From positions 12,156,923 through 12,220,922 of the forward strand of contig NC_057752.1 of assembly GCF_004010195.1 (NCBI RefSeq): a stretch of DNA of 64,000 bases. Direction: 5' to 3'. The notes under the pieces are model-generated. The model searched no databases. It was not told the origin of the DNA and saw only the letters and a program-made list of their open reading frames with translations. The translations under genes and the position numbers were made by a program. Positions 12,243-24,779 of this stretch are shown here, in pieces. Source of the stretch: Chiloscyllium plagiosum. Its lineage: Eukaryota. Every line of letters starts with the position of its first letter. Position 1 is the first letter of the stretch.

Positions 12243-12641
12243 GAGAACATAGACATAGAATATAGAACATAGAACAGTACAGCACAGAACAGGCCCTTCA
12301 GCCCACAATGTTGTGCCGACCGTTGATCCTCATGTATTCACCCTCAAATTTCTGTGACCATATGCATGTCCAGTAGTCTCTTAAATATCCCCAATGACCT
12401 TGCTTCCACAACTGCTGCTGGCAACACATTCCATGCTCTCACAACTCTCTGTGTAAAGAACCCGCCTCTGACATCCCCTCTATACTTTCCTCCAACCAGC
12501 TTAAAACTATGACCCCTCGTGTTAGCCATTTCTGCCCTGGGAAATAGTCTCTGGCTATCGACTCTTTCTATGCCTCTCATTAACTTGTATACCTCAATTA
12601 GGTCCCCTCTCCTCCTCCTTTTCTCCAATGAAAAAAGTCCG
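12243..12641 (-). mobile_element. CR1 3' end with (ATAGAAC)n tail on plus strand
   Basis: RRRGDLIEVYK..FFTQRVVRAWN; tandem tail at about 12245-12275. Confidence 0.9.
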
Positions 12642-13196
12642 AGAAGGGCATACCTGTACGCAACAGAGTGAAGGCAAGATAAAGGGAGGATGATAGACAG
12701 TGAGAGGAAAGCAGAAAAGCGAAATTAATGATGTTAAGCATACAAGTAAGACATTTTCATTTAAAAGATGGCAGTAATTATTGGTTCCGTTGACCCTCAA
12801 ATCTAGTCTCGGATGCATTACACTTTTAAGCATCCAATATCCTCCAAAGGCAAGAGAGAATTGCCACACGAAAAGTTCAACTGAATGGGTTAGAATGTAA
12901 GATACCCAAATCAGTAAGAGGTGAAGAGACTTAGCAGCCTGGATCTTCGCCAGTATTTAATGTGTTGTACTTACTAACCAGTAAACATTTTGCAATTTGA
13001 TAATTATTGAATGAGTAATTGCTGTAACACTTCCCCAGTCTTCTAGGAAATTGAATGCCATCCAGAAAAGAAGTCAGAGTTAAAGTAGTGCCATAAATAA
13101 TTTGCCGTGCACAAGTGCAAGTCTTTCATTGAACATCCTTGAATTTAAGCCAACTGCTGTTACAATATACTCTGTGACAGTCTCAAATTGCACTAT

Positions 13197-13535
13197 CATG
13201 GAATCCCTACAGTGCAGAAAGAGGCTATTCAGCTCATCAAGTCCACACCGACCCTCCAAGCAGCATTTCACCCAGACCCACCATCCCACCCTATCCCCAT
13301 AACCCTGCATTTACCATGGCTCATTCATCTAGCCTGCACACCCCGGGACACAATGGGGCAATTTCGCATGGTGCATCCACCTAGCCTCCTTGGATTGTGT
13401 TAACAAACTGGTACTCCCAGCAGAAACCCACACAGACAGGCGAAGAACGTGCAAACTCCACACAGTCACCCCAGGCTGGAATCAAACCTGTGTCACTGGT
13501 GCTGTGAGGCAGCAGTGCTAATCCTTGTGCCACTG
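13197..13535 (-). mobile_element. HE1-type tRNA-derived V-SINE
   Basis: Reverse complement of the SINE at 43720-44035 (tRNA head, V-domain gtggagtttgcac..gggtttc). Confidence 0.8.
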
Positions 13536-14199
13536 TAAACGTTATTTTTTGCAGAAATCTGCAGAATAAGTGCGGTTGGCAAAGTAAATATGACAAGCCT
13601 CAGGCTAGTTTACTGGTTCTTGCTGGAGAAGACAAAAATTGCCTTCAGTATAAAATGTAGTGAAGATTTATGGAAATTTCTGCAGAACTCAGACTTGCAG
13701 TAACCTGTTACCCTATGCTCCCAGTCATGAAGAATTGAAGAATTAGTTTATGCATGACTAGGAGAAGTTAACAGACTTAATCTGTGGAGATGCAGGGAAC
13801 ACACACTAGTTCTCTGCAAATTGGATAAGTGAATCTAATGTTGAATAATTGTCAAAAAATCTAATTTTCTTTCTTACTGATTTGCATATATCAGTGTTGA
13901 GCTACACTCCAGCAGTGCTGTATAATATTGGTAGCAACATATTAGTCAGTACAAAGCATTAAAGCAGTAGACTTCATAATCATAGCTGTGATTCTCAAAC
14001 GGTAAAATTCTGACCTTGGGACCGACGAGCATAAGTTTGGTGTTCCGCAAAGAAGATGTAATGAGTCAATAGGGAAGGTTGCTATTGTGAATTCCCTCAG
14101 CTGGAACAGGCAAGCAAGGTCCAAAACAGAGAAAGTTGTCTGTTGATCTCGCATCTGATAATGGTACCTGGCATGGTGGCACCAAGAAGCAAAGATAGA

Positions 14200-15190
14200 A
14201 TAATAAAGAGTTTTTACAACATGAAATAAGGCCTTTCCACCCATTGTGTCCATGCCATTGATCAAACATCCAACCATTCTAATCCCATTTTATAGCACTT
14301 GTATGCTTTAACGTTCCAAGTGTTCATCTAAATAGTTCTTAAATGTCTTTAGAATTCCTGACTCTACTACCCTTTCAGACAATGCATTCCAGATACCCAC
14401 AATCCTATGGAAGCAAAACGGTTTCCTCAAATCCCCTCTAAATCTCTTACTCATGACCTGAAAACTGTGTTCCCTGGATCTTGACCCCTCAAGTTAGAGA
14501 AAACATTTCTCCTTGTCTATGTTTCTCAGAACAACTCCGATCTCTCCTGAGTCTTCTCTGTTCTAAAGAAAACAACTCCAACCTACCTAGTCTCTCTTCA
14601 TAGCTGAATCACTCCAGCTCAGACAGCACCCTGGGGGATCTCTTCTGCACCCTCTCAAATGCAATCACATTTTTCTATAGCTTGGCAACCAGAACTGCAC
14701 ACAGCCCTCCAGCTGTGGCTATACAGCTGCATCATCACCTCCTTGCTCTTGTACTCAATGCCTTCGAGGATCTATGGACACGCACACCAAGGTCCTTCTG
14801 ATCCCCTGTACTTCCTAGGATCCTACCATTCAATATGCACTCTCTTGCTTTGTTAGTCCTCCCAAAATGCACCACTTTACACTTTTTATGATTAAATTCC
14901 ATTTGACACTACGCAGCCCATCTGAGCAGCCCATCTATATTGTCCTGTAGTCTAAGGCTTTCCTCCTTGCTATTTACCACACCACCAATTTAGGGGTCAT
15001 CTGTGATCTAACTGATTATACCTCGTACATTCATGTGTAGATCATTAATGTACATAACAAACAGCAACAAGCCCAACACCAGACCCTGTGGTATGCCAAT
15101 GGACATAGTCTTCCAGTCCAAAAAACACCGACTGAGCACCACCCTCTGCTTCCTGCCATTCAGCCAATTTGGATCCAGTTTGACAAATTT
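14200..15190 (-). mobile_element. Decayed CR1 3' portion
   Basis: NWLNGRKQRVV..GIPQGLVLG motif and 3' ORF2 remnants. Confidence 0.75.
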
Positions 15191-15596
15191 CATTTCAAAC
15201 TTCAAGACACAGTTAAGCAGCTAAAATGGAACATAAGGGCCACTTGCTGATCTCTCTTGAATGCTTGATCCAATGCAGCTCAGCTAAGACATCCAAAACT
15301 GAATTGGACTGAATACAGATTAAGCAGTGAGTGGAGAATATGGTTAGAAAATGACAATGAAATGAAACTTTTCTTCCTTTGTTCAAACTTAAATTCTTGC
15401 AAATGCAATCTTCAATGAGAACTGACATTACCAATCTTGAATTAAATTGTGGCAATGGTAACGACTCCCTCACTGCATTCGAATTTACTTCTCCGGAACC
15501 ATTTTTTGGTAAATACGGTACTTCAACATAGTTTAAAATCTCATTTTGATTCGTTCTTCATGACAGTAGATGACTACCACTTACTCAGTAACATAG

Positions 15597-18500
15597 GTGT
15601 TGGGTGTCTTGAAAAATATTAAGGCTGCTAAATCCTCAGGATCTGGTGGGATCTATCCCAGGATACTGAAAGAGGCAAGGAAGGAGATTGCTGAGGCCTT
15701 GACAGAGACCTTTATATTTTCTTTAGCCACAGGCGAGGTTCCAGAAGACTCGAGAATGGCCAATGTTATTCCTTTATTTAAGAAGGGCAATAGGGATAAT
15801 CCAGGATTTGATTTGATTTGCTATATTGCACTCTCATGTACCTAAGTACTGTGAAAAGCTTTGTTTGTGAGCAGTACAGGCTGATTTCAGGGTGCATGGA
15901 CAGAATGAGGAACACAGGTTACACTGCACAGGTGCGCGAAGCAAGATCAACCGTTTCTTATGGTCCTGGGCACAGTAGTTGCTACACTAGGCCATTATGC
16001 ATCCAGACAGTCTGCTTTCTGTGGTGCATCTGTGTTGGTGAGGGACCTTGTGGACACGCTGAATTTCCTGAGCTGCCTGAGTAAGAAGAGGCGTTGTTGT
16101 GTCTTCTTGACCATCGCATGTACATGGAAAGTCCAGGACAGACTGTCAGTTATTGCCACTCTGAGGAACTTGACACGCTCAACCCTCTCAACCTCTACTC
16201 TGTTGATGTGTTCTCCTCCTTCCTTCCTGAAGTCAATGCTCAGTTCTTTAGTTTGGCCGACATTGAGAGAGAGGTTGTTCTGATTGCACCATGTCACCAA
16301 GCCCTCTATCTCCTTCCTGTATTCTGACTCCCTGTTGTTTGATATCCATCCTACCATGGTGCTGTCATCAACAAACTTGTAGATGGCATTCATTCCGAAT
16401 TTAGTTATGCAGTCGTGGGTGTCCAGGGAGTACAGTAGGAGGCTGAGATCGCATCCTTGGGGGCCTCCAGTGCTGACTGTTATTGTGCAGGAAGTGCTGT
16501 TGTCTATCCTCACTGATTGCAGTCTGTGGGTCGGGAAGCTGAGGATCCAAGTGCAGAGGGTGGAGCTGACACCGAGGTCTCAGAGTTTTGGGATCAGTCT
16601 GGAGGGGATCATGGTGTTGAAGGCAGTGCTGCAGTCAATGAGCAGGAGTCTGATGTAGGTGCCCTTGTTGTCCAGATGTTCCAGGCAGGAGTGCAGGGCC
16701 AGGGAAATGGAGTCCCCTATAGACTTGTTACATGGGTAGGCAAATTGCAGGGCATCAAAGCAGGCTAGGAGACTCGAGGCGATGTGGGCCATGATCAGCC
16801 TCTCGAAGCACTTCATGGTTATGGAGGTCAGAGCCACAGGGCAGCAGTCATTAAGGCACATTGCATGTGCTTTCTTAGGTACTGGGATGATGGTGGTCTT
16901 CTTGAAGCAGGTGGGGACTGTGGCTTGAAGGAGGGAGAGGTTGAAGACATCAGTGAATACCTCTGCCAGCTGGTCTGCACAGGATCTAAGTGCATGGCCA
17001 GAAACACTGTTTGGGCCCGTCGCTTTCCTCGGGTTTCCTCTCAGGAAGACTGAGCTGATGTCTGCAGCAGTGACGGAGGGAACAGGTACGTCTGGGGCTG
17101 TTAGGGCAGGTGACAGCACGCCACTGGCATTCTGCTTTGACCTAGCATAGCAAGTATTGAGTGCATCAGTGTCTTTGTCCACTATGTTGCTCTGCTTCAT
17201 TTTGTATCCCACAGGCGGCAGAGGTCTATACGGTTGGTTTGGACCTCTAACTTGATCCGGTACTGCCTCTTGGCATCTCTAATGGCTTTACAAAAGTAAT
17301 AAATGGATTTTCTGTATAGGTCTGGGTCGTCCACATTGCATGCCTCATCTTCAGTAGGCAGTGGATTTCCCAGTTCATCCAAGGTTTACAGTTGAAGAAC
17401 AACGGATTGACTTCTTTGGTCCTCCATGCAGCCCTCTACGCATTTGCTAATGAAGTTTGTGACGGTGGTGGCGTACCTGTCTAGGTTTTAAGCTGCGTAC
17501 TCGAATATGGTCCAGTCCACCAATTCCAAGCAGTCCCAGAGCCACTCTTCTGCTGGCCCAGATCAGCATTGCATTACTTTCTGCGAAGGATCCTCCCATT
17601 TCAGCTTCTGCTTGGAAGCTGGAAGGAGGAACACAGCATTGTGATCTGATTTTCCAAAGTGTGGATGGTTTAGGGAGCACTGGAAGTTATAAGCCAGTGA
17701 GTCTTATGTCAGCGGTAGGGAAATTATTGGAGAAAATCCTTCAGGACAGTGTTTGCTCACATTTAGAGAAGAATGGACTTATTAAGGATGGTCCGCATGG
17801 CTTTATGTGGGAGAGGTCCTAGTTCACAAATGTGGTTGAGTTTTTTGAGGAAGTGACAAAGATGATTGACAAGGGTAGGGCAGTGGATGTAATCGACATG
17901 GAATTCACTAAAGCATTTGACAGAGTCCCTCAATGTAGGTTGGCCCAGAAGATTAAGTCACACAGGATCCATGAAGAGTTGGTAAGTTGGATAAAATTGC
18001 TTGGTCATAGAAGACACAATAGTTGTGGAGGGGATGTGACTAGTGGCATTTGTAATACATATAAATGATTTGGATGAAAATTCTAGGTGGTCTGATTAGT
18101 AATTTTGCAGACAATGTAAAAATTGGTAGAGTTGTCGACAATGAGGAAGATCGTTAAAGGATACAACAGGATATAGATCAGTTGGAAAATTGGGCAGAGG
18201 ATGGCAGATGGAGTTTAATCTGGACAAATGTGTTTTGGAAGGTCAAATACAAGAAGAAAGTATACAGGAAATGGCAGGACCCTTAGGAGCATTGATATAC
18301 AGAGGGATCTTGGGGTGCAAGTCCATAGCTCCCCTGAAAGTGTCAGCACAAGTGGATGAGGTGGTAAAGAAGGCGTACAGCCTGCTTGCCCTCGTTGGTT
18401 GGAGCACTGAGTATAAAAGTTGACAAGTCATGCTGCAGCTGTATACAACATTAGTTCGGCCACATTTGGAGGACTGTACACAGTTCTGGTCGCCACACTA

Positions 18501-18999
18501 TACGTGGAGGCTTTGGAGAAGGTGCAAACGAGGTTTACCAGGATGTTGCGTGGATTGGTGTGTATTAGCTAGAAGGAGAGGTTGGACGGACTTGGATTGT
18601 TTTCACCAGAGGCTATGGGGCGACTTGATAGAAGTATATAAAATTATTGAGGGCATGAATAGGGTGGAAATTTAGAGTCTTTTCCCAGGATGGAAATGTC
18701 AAATACTAGGGGGTAAAGGTTTAAGATGGGAAGGGGACAGTTAAAGAGATGTGTGAGGCAAGATTTTTTTACACAGAGTGCAGTAGGTACCTGGAATGCA
18801 CTGCCAGTGGAAATGGTAGAAGCAGATACAAGTGCAATGTTTAAGAGGCATTCAGACAGACACAAGAGCAGGCAGGGAATAAAGGGATGCAGACCATGTG
18901 GAGGCAGATGGGATTAGTTTAGACTGGTATCATGGTCGGCGCAAACACTGTGGGTCAAAGGCCCTGTTTCTGTGCTATACTACACTATGTTTTAAGTTC
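15597..18999 (+). mobile_element. CR1 ORF2 3' half, split by insertion at 15806-17680
   Basis: KGNRDNPG stops at about 15805 and resumes (YKPVSL) at about 17681; continues to the 3' tail. Confidence 0.85.
15806..17680 (-). mobile_element. Rex1/Babar-type LINE, 5'-truncated RT
   Basis: [56 protein letters not shown]; (TCAAA)n tail at about 15806-15820. Confidence 0.8.
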
Positions 19000-19012
19000 T
19001 AAAGTATCTTAC

Positions 19013-19164
19013 CTGAAGAAGCCTTTACAGCCTTCACAGGTCATGGCATTGAAATGGAAACCAGTCGCTTTGTCCCCACAAACGCCACAGATCCGTGGGC
19101 AATTTCTATCAAATTCATCATCTTCAGGCTGATACGCGGACGAGCTCACTGCCATCTGATCCAT
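19013..19164 (-). CDS. VDR: Vitamin D receptor (NR1I1), first coding exon (exon 19013-19178): short A/B region and first zinc finger
   Basis: Encodes [51 protein letters not shown] (human [49 protein letters not shown]). Acceptor cttcttttttgcag at 19179 and above, phase-2 donor AG/gtaaga at 19012. Too short for the ORF track. Confidence 0.97.
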
Positions 19165-20718
19165 TTCTGCACTTGATACTGCAAAAAAGAAGATACAAGA
19201 ATGTATTTTAATGTTTTACACTAAAATTATGAATTATCAATAAAATGTAGTTCTAAGTCAGAGTATCTTTAATAATAAAGTGCACTGCACTTGGGGCACT
19301 GTCCTGTGTCTTGCTGGTAGCTGCTAAAATACAGCTCCCTTTATAGGAATAATCCAGAGATGATTTAGGAAAGATCTTCACTACACTTAGCATGACCATT
19401 CTGATGGCTGGAAAATTCTGAGGCTTCTTTGCAGGGCCAATTCGAGTTGGAAACCATACTGTCCCAAATAGAATAAGTATTCAGTTACAGATATTCTGAT
19501 TAGCCTGTCAGAGATATTCCAACATCCCTCTGGAGCAGGTGGAATTTGAATCTATGCGTTCGAATTCAGAGGGGATTACTGTATCAGAACATTCTCAGAA
19601 TCACTGAATTATTACAATGCTGAAGACCATTCAGCCCTCTGTATTATGTGGACTGACTGAATGAGCATCACAGTGCCATTCTGCTGCCTTCTTCTATAGA
19701 CCTGTACCTTTTTTGTTCAATTGTCTAACGCCCTTTGAATACGTAGATGTAATCTCCACACTCTCAAGAAGTGCATTCCAGAACTTAACCTCTTGATGTG
19801 TGATACAATTTTTTTTTCATATCATTGTTGTTTCTTTTATGAACTACTTTAAATCTATGCTCTCTGGTTCTTGACCCTATTTACTTTGCCCAAACGTCTC
19901 ATGCTTTTGAACACTTCAATCGGATCTCCACAGCCTTCTCTTCAAGGAGCATAATCCCAACTTCATTTTTTATTCATTTGCAGAATATGGGTTTCATCGG
20001 ACCAGCATTCATTTACCAGCTCTGGTTGCCTGCTGAGGGAGGGAATTCCAGGATTTTGACTCAGCTTCACTGAGGAAATGGAAATATATTTGCAAGGCAC
20101 AATCATGACTGGCTTGGAGGGGAAAGTGCAGGTGGTGGTGTTTCCACGATTCTGCTTCCCTTGTCTTTCAGATGGTAGTGGTAATGCGTTTGAAAGGTGC
20201 TGTCTTTGGAAATTTCTGTAATTCTTCATGATGAAATTCCGTATTCCTGGAACCATTCTCTTAAATCTCATTTGAACTCTCTCTAATGCCCCACATCAAG
20301 CCTAAAGCGTGGTGCTCAGAACTGGATGCAAATTGCCAGCTGAGGCTGAACTAGTGCCTTCCATAAGTTCAGCGTAATCTCTTTGTCTTGTAGTCAATGT
20401 ATCTACCAATAAAGCCTCAGACACTGCATGGTTAATTAACTGCTCTCTCAACCTGTCCTGCTACTTCTAATGACTTTTGCATATATACACCCAGGTCTCT
20501 ATGTTCTTACACCTTTTTTTACAGTAGTACCTTTTATATTATATTGTCTCTCCTTGTACTCTCAACCAAAATGTGTCATCACCCTAAACCTCCCCCCAAT
20601 CCCTCAATTATCTGGCAATACCTAATTTTGGGAGCTTGGCTGGAATATTCCCATAGGCAAGTGATAGAATTGGAGTTGGGAAAACACACTGTCAAAAGGC
20701 AGCTTAAATAAAGAAGAG

Positions 20719-20944
20719 TAAAGTAACCCCACAGAGGCTGGTATCCCATCACCAAATCATCTTTTATTTACATATGGACAGTCCTTGACTTTCACACTGC
20801 CTCTTCAGAGTCAGATCTTACAGTGTCAGTATCTCTAACACTCCTGTTAGAATCTGTCAGCCAGGGCTCCCTGATTGGATCAGATTAATAGAATATGAAT
20901 TCCCTGATTGGGGCTAAGAGATCCACCTGGCTGACCTCATTATA
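20719..20944 (-). mobile_element. Solo Gypsy-type LTR, uninterrupted and degenerate
   Basis: Reverse complement aligns with both halves of the LTR (caatcagggagccctggctgacaga, aacaggagtgttagag, gtaaataaaag, gataccagcctctg). Confidence 0.75.
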
Positions 20945-23904
20945 ATCATTGCAAATAAGTTTTCTTGAGTCTCTCGCATTTTAGATTTCCAAGCGTGATG
21001 TTGATACTTTCATACAGCAGGACTGAGAAACATAAGAAATACATTCTTTCAAGTGAACTTAAAGTTCAGATACCTTTTCCTTAGTTACATGAGGGTTTGT
21101 CCTCGTTTAAGGCAAGTGGGTTCTCTTTTGGTAGGCATGTGGATGCTCACAGTTTCATTGTGTGCCCATTACTGTTTCTTCATTTGCTTTGTCCATTTAT
21201 TTTTCTCTTCCCTTAGGTCATTCTACAATATTCCTTACCACACAGGTTTAGGGTGATGACACATTTTGGTTGAGAGTACAAGGAGAGACAATATAATATT
21301 CCACATTAATCCTTGGACAATTCCTATGCTTAGTGCTCAGTACCAAGGATGAAGGCTTGACAGTTTGTTCAAATTCATAAATGTCTCTTTGTAAGCAGTG
21401 GCTAGCCATGTTAGTCACTGTTTACCACCTAATTTGTTACTGCTTAACGTTGTTGCAATGTATAAACAGGTCCAAGCCTTTTAATTAACAGCACAGCAAT
21501 CTACACAATCTGAGACACGTAGGATCTGTTTAATTCCATCTGTTGCAAACTGATCTTAGGAAGATTGAGGACATACACTGAAAACTAATATGGAAGGTAC
21601 ATCATATCGTGGAGTGCTAATGATCTAACTTGCATGACATGAATAACTCATGAGGGCAAAGTTTAAATGACTTATACAGATGCACAGGAGAAGCATGAAG
21701 AAATTGATCTCTAGCTCCCATATTTATGACTTTCCCTATGTCAACAGCTGGTACTGAATATTTGCCCCACAGAGGCAGGAAAAAGTGGGGAGTCTCTACC
21801 CAGACCAGCAGGAAGTATGTTTGCTGAAGCAGTGTGGAGGTTCATGGATTGAGAATGGAGAAGACCATCCAACTCTTGTGCATCCAGCAGGGCTCAGGCC
21901 TTTGAGCACATGAACTCCTCAGTAGACAGTAGACAATTTCTTGGAGAGCCATATGCAGCAGCCTGCAAAGTGCAGGCAGGAACTCCATATGATTCCCACA
22001 GGATGGGTGCTATGTTACGTAGCCTTGAATGGGCAGTGCATGAGCAGAGAGATCTTTGGAGTCGATGCCAGTTGTACCTCATCTGCTCCACTCCTCCAGC
22101 CATCTGCAGGGTTAGGAAAGAGATAAGGATATCATGGAGGATGATGTGGCACCCCTCAAAGGACACCATCATCATCCACTCACTGGAGCCCAGTGACAGA
22201 GTCTAGCCTTACATTGGCACCAGTGCAGCAGCTTCTGGACATGCCATCGGGGGCACCTTCAGGGTGAGGATGGCTGCCATGTGAAGCTCAGCCACAGGCA
22301 CATTTTTTGAGGCCACAAAGAGGAAGCATCATGTAAAAATGGCCAAGAATGGAGGCCACTGAATCAGGCAGATTACTGGGTGGGTCACTGAGGTGTGTTC
22401 TTACAGTTTCTACCTACTGTTTTCCTCTGTTTGTATTAATTATAACGTGGAGGTAGTCTGAGACACCTATGCTAAAACACGTGGAATGCACAACCAGGAA
22501 TCTCTAATCACTTACTATCATGGAAGGAGCACCTCCTGACTCCTCAAAGCCTGTCCACTTTGAGGCACAAGTCAGGAGTCTAATAGAATACTTCCCACTT
22601 GCCTGGATGGGGGCAGCTCCAACAACACTCAAAGAAATTGACTGGGAAACTGAAGATTCTGATGGGCAGAATAAAGCAACCCACTTGATGGGTACTATAT
22701 TCACTAGAATTTTCTGCCATCCTCTCTTGTGAGAGGACAAACCTTTGCTGCAATGTACTTCCACAGATATCAGTTTCATTCCAGCATCTTAAACATTCTT
22801 CACACCTGTCTTGAGGTGGATGACGGCAGACTATGAAACTAAAGAAATATCACAGACATGTCTCACTGATAACTCCAGGGCTTTGAGTTGATCTTTCCCG
22901 TTCCTAACAGATAGGCATTGTAGCATGCTCACAGTTGCTCCAGCGAAGATCAGGACAGGAAATGTCATGTACAAAGGTTTCTGTAGGGAACATTTCAACT
23001 GCATCTGGAGAGGCATGAATGAATGATATGTAACAGAGCCAGCCGGCTGGTGAGGGCGGGGGCGTGTCTTTTCTACACCAGCAACTTGCAAGAACTAAAC
23101 AAGATGGGGTCTTAATTTCTTCAACTCAGAAGCATGATTATTCAAACACCACAGAACTCATGTCAGTATATCACATGCAAATTGGTTTCCATTTCTCTCT
23201 ATTCTCTCCTGAGGTGCAAGATCAAAATGGAACACATTAGAACAGCAACTCAGAGCTGAACCTTTAATTCCATGACAACTCCTCAAAGCAGGAGATTCTG
23301 GAAATGTATTGTTGAAAGCAATGTTACTATTTAGTGCCTTGTTGTTGCATGCTAAAATGTAAAGATTTTGTTTCACTAAATTATTTCACAAAATTTGGTT
23401 CTATATTTGAGTCAAAGTATCCATGATACCAGCTCAATAATGTAATCCCTTGCTTCAGAAATTTCTAAAATTGGAGAAATTGGTAAAGAGTGAGAGAGCA
23501 GAAATGCTGCAAGTAACCAGATGGGACAAACTATATATAGCATCAAGTTTGCTTATAAAAGTGTGATGAAAGCCCATATTGTTCATTGATTACATAACTT
23601 TCTGGCCAATGTGTAAGTCAATGTATGCGCTGTGAATCCTGATTCAATACGGATAGGAAGGATTTAAGAGGAATATTGCCCAAATACTGACAAATGGTAC
23701 TAGGTCAGATTGTGATGTCAGTCAGCGCAGACAAGTTGGACCAGAGAGTCTGCTTTTGTGCTGTATGACTTGATAGAAGCTATAGCAGAATCATGTTCTA
23801 GATGCCTGATGTCTTGTGTGGGATGGAAGAAAAACTGTTACACTGGTATACTTTACTGCTGCAATAAATGTCACAATTTTTAAAAAAATGGCTCTTTACC
23901 GTTC

Positions 23905-24195
23905 AGTCATAAAATCCCTACAGTCCAAAAGAGGTCATTTGGCCCATCAAGTCTGCACCTACCCTCTGAAGAGATTCCCACCCAGACCCACCTCCCCCTG
24001 TATCCCTGCATTAACCATGGCTAATCCACCGAGCCTACACATCCTTGGACACCACAGAGCAATTTAGCATGACCAATCCACATAACCCACACATTTTTGG
24101 ACTGTTGAAGAAAACCGGAGCACCCAGAGGAAACCTACACAGACACAGGGAGAACATGCAAACTCCACACAGCTAACCATTGAGCCACCATGCCA
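23905..24195 (-). mobile_element. HE1-type SINE
   Basis: aaaccggagcacccagaggaaacc..gcaaactccacacag V-domain, reverse orientation. Confidence 0.75.
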
Positions 24196-24779
24196 ACCAA
24201 TCGTTAGTGCGGTTGTATTTAGAAAGTGATGACTTCTACAGGATTATTTTTGAATACGACCCATTGTCTTCAGAACGTCTGTCAGTTAGCGAAATGGTCC
24301 ATTTGTTTGGGATATCTTTTGTTTGTGGATAGTAATGCTCACCTGCAGCTCTTGCTATTACTGGATTGGGAAATCTGTTTGGGTGAGAGCTGAATGCTAT
24401 TTTTGGAAATTTGCCAGTGAACTTCAACATTTTGTGCCTTTGGAGCTTTGGACAGTTGAAGTTTCATCACCTCGTCTGTTCTTTGAGCATATTGGATTTA
24501 GCATGTACATGTGAGCTCATAGTTGACATAATTGCAAACTGAGCATTCAGCATAGATTACTAGCAGACCGACTTGGAATAAAGTACAATACACATTCAGC
24601 TGACTTGACTGTTAAAAGAATAAAAATCAGGTGAAATTTTGTTTTGATGTTGTCGTTATTTGCACTGTTTTATTTACTGATCATAACAAAGATAGATTAC
24701 CTGAAATAAATGGTCTGTATTCTTCGGCTGATATGAACATTGCAGATAGGTTTGGGCACATGCCCTCACACTCCAATAT

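Noticed and set aside
19013..19164. PXR or CAR instead of VDR
   Set aside because: The [22 protein letters not shown] signature and the very short N-terminus match VDR.
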